DNA of 32,000 nucleotides from Neisseria perflava (GTDB lineage Bacteria; Pseudomonadota; Gammaproteobacteria; Burkholderiales; Neisseriaceae): NCBI RefSeq assembly GCF_024170405.1, contig NZ_JALJYC010000012.1, positions 34,015 to 66,014 of the forward strand, read 5' to 3'. Shown piece by piece: positions 27,407 to 32,000 of this stretch (position 1 is its first letter; each line of letters starts with the position of its first letter). The notes under the pieces were generated by a model. It saw only the letters and a program-made list of their open reading frames with translations, ran no database searches and was not told where the DNA came from. The position numbers and the translations under genes were made by a program.

Positions 27407-29518
27407 TTATTCCGCATCACGCGCAGGCGCTTCCAGCAGGGCTTTAATCGACAGGCGCACGCGGCCACGGTCATCCACTTCCAGTGCTTTGACTTTCACG
27501 GTTTGGCCGACTTGCAGATAGTCGCTGACGTTTTTCACGCGCTCGTGGGCGATTTGGCTGATGTGCACCAAACCGTCTTTACCCGGCATAACAGACACAA
27601 TCGCGCCGACGTTGTTGTCGAGGATTTTCACCACAGTACCTTCATAGACTTTGCCCACTTCTACTTCAGCAGTAATCTGCTCGATACGCGCTTTGGCAGC
27701 GTCGCCCGCTTCTTGGGTAGTGGCGGCGATGGTAATGGTGCCGTCTTCGGCGATGTTGATTTCGGTACCGGTTTCAGCGGTAATCGAGCGAATGGTTTCG
27801 CCGCCTTTACCAATCACTTCGCGGATTTTATCCTGATTGATTTTCATGGTAAACAGGCGCGGCGCATGGGCAGACAGCTCTTGCGGACCGGATACGGCTT
27901 GCTGCATTTGCGCCAGAATATGCAGACGCGCTTCTTTGGCTTGTGCCAAAGCGATTTGCATGATGTCTTTAGTAATGCCTTGGATTTTAATGTCCATTTG
28001 CAGCGCGGTTACGCCCTCGGTAGTACCGGCTACTTTGAAGTCCATATCGCCCAAGTGGTCTTCATCGCCCAAGATGTCGGTCAACACGGCAAATTTGTTG
28101 TTGTCCATAATCAAGCCCATGGCGATACCGGCCACATGCGCTTTGAGCGGCACACCGGCGTTCAGCAGGCTCAAGCAGCCGCCGCACACGGAAGCCATAG
28201 AAGATGAACCGTTGGACTCGGTAATTTCTGATACCACGCGCATGGTGTAGCTGAAATCTTCCGGCGCAGGCAATACGGCCAGCAATGCGCGTTTGGCCAA
28301 GCGGCCGTGGCCGATTTCACGGCGTTTGGGCGCACCCATGCGGCCGCATTCGCCGGTAGAGTACGGCGGGAAGTTGTAGTGCAGCATAAAGCGGTCGGTG
28401 TATTCGCCGCTCAACGCGTCAATGATTTGCTCGTCGCGTGAAGTGCCCAAAGTAGCCACAGCCAACGCTTGGGTTTCGCCACGAGTAAACAAGGCAGAGC
28501 CGTGGGTACGCGGCAAGACGCCGGTTTGGATGTTCAACGGACGTACGGTGCGGGTATCGCGACCGTCGATACGCGGTTGGCCGTCCAAAATTTGACCGCG
28601 CACCACATCGGCTTCCAAATGTTTGAAAATACCTTTGATTTCATTGGCGGTCAGGGTATCGGTTTCTTCGTTAATCAGCGCTTCTTTTACCGCTGCCCAA
28701 GCTTCGTCCAATTTGGCGCTGCGGGCTTGTTTTTGGCGGATTTTGAAGGCTTCGGCAATGGCAGCGCCGGCGATTTCGCGCACTTTGGCCACCAGCTCTT
28801 CATTGGTTTCCGGCGCTTTCCAATCCCACACTTCAGGATTTACTTCATCGGCAAATTCGTTAATCGCTTTAATCGCAGCCTGCATTTGGTCGTGACCGTA
28901 CACCACCGCGCCCAACATCACGTCTTCCGGCAGGATGTCGGCTTCGGATTCCACCATCAAAACAGCTTTTTCAGTACCAGCAACGACCAAATCCAATTGG
29001 GATTCGGCCAGTTGCGCTTTAGTCGGGTTCAGAACGTATTGGCCGTTCACGTAGCCGACACGCGCCGCACCAATCGGGCCGGCAAACGGTACGCCGCTCA
29101 ATACCAGCGCGGCAGAAGCACCCAGCATGGCGGGAATATCGGAGTCGATTTCGGGATCGACAGACACCACCATCGCAACGATTTGGATGTCATGATAGAA
29201 ACCTTCCGGGAACAGCGGACGGATCGGGCGGTCAATCAGGCGGCTGGTGAGGATTTCTTTTTCGCTCTGTTTGCCTTCGCGTTTGAAGAAACCGCCGGGG
29301 ATTTTACCGGCAGCGTAGGTGCGTTCCAGATAATCCACGGTCAGCGGGAAGAAGTCTTGGCCTTCTTTCACGTCTTTATTGGCGGTCACGGCCACCAATA
29401 CCACGGTATCGCCCATAGATACTTTGACCGCACCGGCGGCTTGGCGGGCAATTTCACCGGTTTCCAGAGTAACGGTTTGGTCGCCGTATTGGAAAGACTT
29501 GACATGCTTGTTGAACAT
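27407..29518 (-). CDS. pnp: Polyribonucleotide nucleotidyltransferase (PNPase)
   Basis: 703 aa with two RNase PH domains ([26 protein letters not shown]; [12 protein letters not shown]; [10 protein letters not shown]), then KH ([11 protein letters not shown]) and S1 ([36 protein letters not shown]) domains. Confidence 0.97.
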   Translation of the reverse strand: MFNKHVKSFQYGDQTVTLETGEIARQAAGAVKVSMGDTVVLVAVTANKDVKEGQDFFPLTVDYLERTYAAGKIPGGFFKREGKQSEKEILTSRLIDRPIRPLFPEGFYHDIQIVAMVVSVDPEIDSDIPAMLGASAALVLSGVPFAGPIGAARVGYVNGQYVLNPTKAQLAESQLDLVVAGTEKAVLMVESEADILPEDVMLGAVVYGHDQMQAAIKAINEFADEVNPEVWDWKAPETNEELVAKVREIAGAAIAEAFKIRQKQARSAKLDEAWAAVKEALINEETDTLTANEIKGIFKHLEADVVRGQILDGQPRIDGRDTRTVRPLNIQTGVLPRTHGSALFTRGETQALAVATLGTSRDEQIIDALSGEYTDRFMLHYNFPPYSTGECGRMGAPKRREIGHGRLAKRALLAVLPAPEDFSYTMRVVSEITESNGSSSMASVCGGCLSLLNAGVPLKAHVAGIAMGLIMDNNKFAVLTDILGDEDHLGDMDFKVAGTTEGVTALQMDIKIQGITKDIMQIALAQAKEARLHILAQMQQAVSGPQELSAHAPRLFTMKINQDKIREVIGKGGETIRSITAETGTEINIAEDGTITIAATTQEAGDAAKARIEQITAEVEVGKVYEGTVVKILDNNVGAIVSVMPGKDGLVHISQIAHERVKNVSDYLQVGQTVKVKALEVDDRGRVRLSIKALLEAPARDAE

Positions 29519-29724
29519 AGCGTTCCTTTCAGTGAAGCCGCACTGCTAAAACACTAATAATGCACACTATCAGCAAGAGCAAATGTGCATGGTTAGGGTT
29601 TCAGACCGTGCGGCGGGTTAGGTAAAATTTTCAGATGGCCTTGAAGCCAAAACCATCTTGCGCGTGATTATAGCGGGAAACCGTTACAGAATCCAGATAA
29701 GATATTTTCTCAATTCAAACTTAG

Positions 29725-29777
29725 GCCGTCTGAAAACAGATTGTTTCAGCGAGGCTGAATCTTTGTTTTCAGACGGC
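29725..29777 (-). terminator. DUS hairpin terminator downstream of purC
   Basis: GCCGTCTGAAAACA (29725-29738) is complementary to TGTTTTCAGACGGC (29764-29777), with a 25-nt partly self-complementary loop. Confidence 0.65.
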
Positions 29778-29791
29778 ATGAATTCATCTGC

Positions 29792-30652
29792 TTATTTTGT
29801 CAGCAGATTCAAAGCCTCTTGATACTTTTCAACCGTTTTGGCAATGACTTCCGACGGCACTTTCGGTGCAGGCGCTTGTTTGTTCCAGCCGCTTTGTTCC
29901 AGCCAGTCGCGCACAAACTGTTTGTCAAAAGACGGCGGATTGGTACCGACTTGGTATTGGTCGGCCGGCCAGAAACGGCTGGAATCGGGGGTTAACACTT
30001 CGTCCATCAGCGTCAGCGTGCCGTTTTCATCCAAACCGAATTCAAATTTGGTGTCGCAAATAATGATACCGCGCGATTTAGCATATGCTGCTGCTTCAGT
30101 GTAAAGCTGAATCGCTTTGGTGCGCACTTCCGCCGCCAACTCTTTACCGATAATGGCTTCACATTGCTCGAAACTGATGTTCTCATCGTGATCGCCGACT
30201 TCGGCTTTGGTGGACGGGGTAAAAATCACTTCCGGCAACTGCTGCGCCTCCAGCATGCCTTCGGGCAATTTTATGCCGCAAACCGTACCGGTTTTCCGAT
30301 AATCTTTCCAACCGCTGCCCGCCAGATAGCCGCGCACGATGGCTTCTACTTTTACCGGTGTCAACTTTTTAGCAACGACCGCACGTTTTTCCAACGCCTT
30401 AGCTTCGGCTTCGGGCAACACATCATAAACGGTATCGCCGGTAAAATGGTTGGGCATGATATGGCCGAGTTTGGCAAACCAAAAATTAGAAATCTGCGTA
30501 AGAATCTCACCTTTACCCGGAATCGGGTCGTCCAAAATCACATCAAATGCCGACAGGCGGTCGGAGGCCACCATCAGCATGCGCTTGTCGTCGATTTCAT
30601 ACAAATCGCGCACTTTGCCGGAGTAAATTTTTTTCAAACTGATTGCAGACAT
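29792..30652 (-). CDS. purC: Phosphoribosylaminoimidazole-succinocarboxamide (SAICAR) synthase
   Basis: From the ATG at 30652: [37 protein letters not shown]... 287 aa of the long PurC type, with ICDTKFEFG and [10 protein letters not shown]. The 33-codon upstream extension in the ORF track has no PurC homology. Confidence 0.93.
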   Translation of the reverse strand: MSAISLKKIYSGKVRDLYEIDDKRMLMVASDRLSAFDVILDDPIPGKGEILTQISNFWFAKLGHIMPNHFTGDTVYDVLPEAEAKALEKRAVVAKKLTPVKVEAIVRGYLAGSGWKDYRKTGTVCGIKLPEGMLEAQQLPEVIFTPSTKAEVGDHDENISFEQCEAIIGKELAAEVRTKAIQLYTEAAAYAKSRGIIICDTKFEFGLDENGTLTLMDEVLTPDSSRFWPADQYQVGTNPPSFDKQFVRDWLEQSGWNKQAPAPKVPSEVIAKTVEKYQEALNLLTK

Positions 30653-30834
30653 GGCTTTATCTTTCGGGTTTGTCGGAGAAAACGGTATTTTAGCCGAATT
30701 TATCCGGTAACGGCAGGCTCTTCTCCAAAATAAATAAGGTGCTAATAACAAGCAAATGACAATCTCAAAACTAGGTCTGCTAAAAATATGATTGTCTCTC
30801 GATAATAGAGACTACTTGATTTTAACAAGTAAAA

Positions 30835-30867
30835 TTCCCCCTTACACCATTTGGCAATAAGGGGGGA
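30835..30867 (-). terminator. Non-DUS GC-stem hairpin downstream of the RTX gene
   Basis: TTCCCCCTTA ... TAAGGGGGGA flank a 13-nt loop. On the minus strand the hairpin is followed by an A/T-rich run. Confidence 0.5.
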
Positions 30868-30915
30868 TAACATCTCAATACGAGATATTCGATTACTCAG
30901 CTATTCAACTTAACA

Positions 30916-32000
30916 TTAGCACGCTGCGGCTTGAGCGGCTTGAGCTGCATCATCAATTTGAGTCAAGCAGCTCAGTGAGCAAGAGGTATCACTGCCGTAG
31001 CTAACTTCGTAAGTGCTACCATCGGCAAAGCTGAAGGTTTCGATTTGGTTGTCGCTGCTGGTAAACCAGTCGCTAACAGTAATGCTGTCTTCGCTGTCGC
31101 AGAAAGAGATAACCAAGTTATCGCCATCTTGAGTCAGGATAATATCACTTGCAGTGATACCATCACCAAAGCTCAATACATCATCACCAGACACATCAGA
31201 AATGATGTCATTACCATCACCAGAGTTGAAGACGTAAGTATCATCACCGTCACCACCGATCAAGATGTCATTACCGGTACCACCGACCAGAGTGTCATTA
31301 CCATCTTTCGCAACGATACAGTCATCACCGACCAAGCCATACAGCTCATTGTTGCCGCCATTGCCGTAAATAATGTTATCCAACTCATTACCTGTACCGT
31401 TCAAATCGTCTGTACCTTGCAAAATCAGGTTTTCGACGTTATCAGGCAAAGTGTAGTCGATTTCTGAACGCACGGTATCAATACCTGAAGCAGCATTTGA
31501 ATCTTCATATACTTCATCACCAGCATCATCAACGTAGAATACGTCGTTACCATCGCCACCGCGCATGATATCCGCACCAGTACCACCATTCAGGTAGTCG
31601 TTACCTGCGCCACCTTGCAAGTAGTCTTTACCTGCGCCACCATACAAGGTATCACCATTATCGTCACCTTCTAAAGTGTCGTTACCGTCACCACCGTAAA
31701 TCACATCAGCGCCTGAACCACCATAGATGATGTCTTCGCCAGAAGTACCATAAATGGTGTCTTTTTCATCTGTACCGGTAGTTGTGGTAGCGCCGCTATC
31801 AACTGCGTCAACATAAATGATATTACCCGGTTCAGTATCTACACCGCCAAATGAGTTATCTTGGTTATCATCATCAACACAGGTAGTGCAAACTTCTGAC
31901 TCTGAAGATGAAGTATCGGTTGCAGTTGAAGTGTCGGTTGAAGTATCATCAGTAGCGCAATCATCTACAACGGTTTCTTCCGAAGTCGCCGGAGCCGGTT
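30916..32000 (-). CDS. RTX (hemolysin-type calcium-binding repeat) protein, C-terminal ~360 aa; the 5' end lies beyond the window
   Basis: The frame stays open from 31704 to the window edge (PAPATSEETVVDDC...). Two blocks of GGxGxDxUx nonapeptides are present (YGGDGNDTL, YGGAGKDYL, QGGAGNDYL, NGGTGADIM, RGGDGNDVF; VGGTGNDIL, IGGDGDDTY), followed by the common RTX tail module (DVLSFGDGITASDI...DGDNLVISF...ITVSDWF...IETFSFADGS). GC content is visibly lower than in the neighbouring genes. Confidence 0.8.
   Translation of the reverse strand, partial: PAPATSEETVVDDCATDDTSTDTSTATDTSSSESEVCTTCVDDDNQDNSFGGVDTEPGNIIYVDAVDSGATTTTGTDEKDTIYGTSGEDIIYGGSGADVIYGGDGNDTLEGDDNGDTLYGGAGKDYLQGGAGNDYLNGGTGADIMRGGDGNDVFYVDDAGDEVYEDSNAASGIDTVRSEIDYTLPDNVENLILQGTDDLNGTGNELDNIIYGNGGNNELYGLVGDDCIVAKDGNDTLVGGTGNDILIGGDGDDTYVFNSGDGNDIISDVSGDDVLSFGDGITASDIILTQDGDNLVISFCDSEDSITVSDWFTSSDNQIETFSFADGSTYEVSYGSDTSCSLSCLTQIDDAAQAAQAAAC

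Overview
The window looks like a chromosomal segment from a Neisseriaceae genome, most likely a commensal Neisseria. By my manual count the 10-mer DNA uptake sequence GCCGTCTGAA/TTCAGACGGC occurs roughly 45 times, mostly in the AG-GCCGTCTGAA form. It is very often arranged as inverted pairs that form hairpin terminators. Gene content is mainly housekeeping: ppx (partial), cysT-cysW-cysA, argD, rep, a YiiX-like permuted papain-fold amidase, a YdgA/DUF945 protein, yfaE-nrdB-nrdA, surE, nlpD, a UbiH-family flavin monooxygenase, a small cupin-like ORF, pnp and purC. The largest accessory block is a co-oriented six-gene cluster on the minus strand (14660-22967): TetR, TetR, HlyD-type adaptor, RbbA-like fused ABC protein, YhhJ-like ABC-2 permease and a NodT-type outer-membrane lipoprotein. 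A low-GC RTX-repeat protein gene runs off the right edge. I saw no rRNA, tRNA, CRISPR array, transposase or integrase gene. I did not find a convincing new multi-gene system such as a defence island. The features most worth a second look are listed here. (1) A ~427-bp concentric palindromic repeat element with a perfect 55-bp inverted repeat carrying a dRS3/NIME-like core, lying in an AT-rich insert bracketed by a 10-bp direct repeat. (2) The uncharacterised RbbA-type envelope-spanning exporter cluster, with two TetR paralogues and one perfect palindromic operator candidate. (3) A ~100-aa expansion of the RbbA inter-domain linker that contains five in-frame DUS copies. (4) A YiiX-like gene whose lipoprotein signal peptide sits in a different reading frame. 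(5) An AT-rich island with a 53-codon ORF between nrdA and nrdB. (6) A cysteine-containing, compositionally foreign RTX protein with no cognate T1SS in view. All functional calls rest on my own recognition of translated motifs. No database search was possible.
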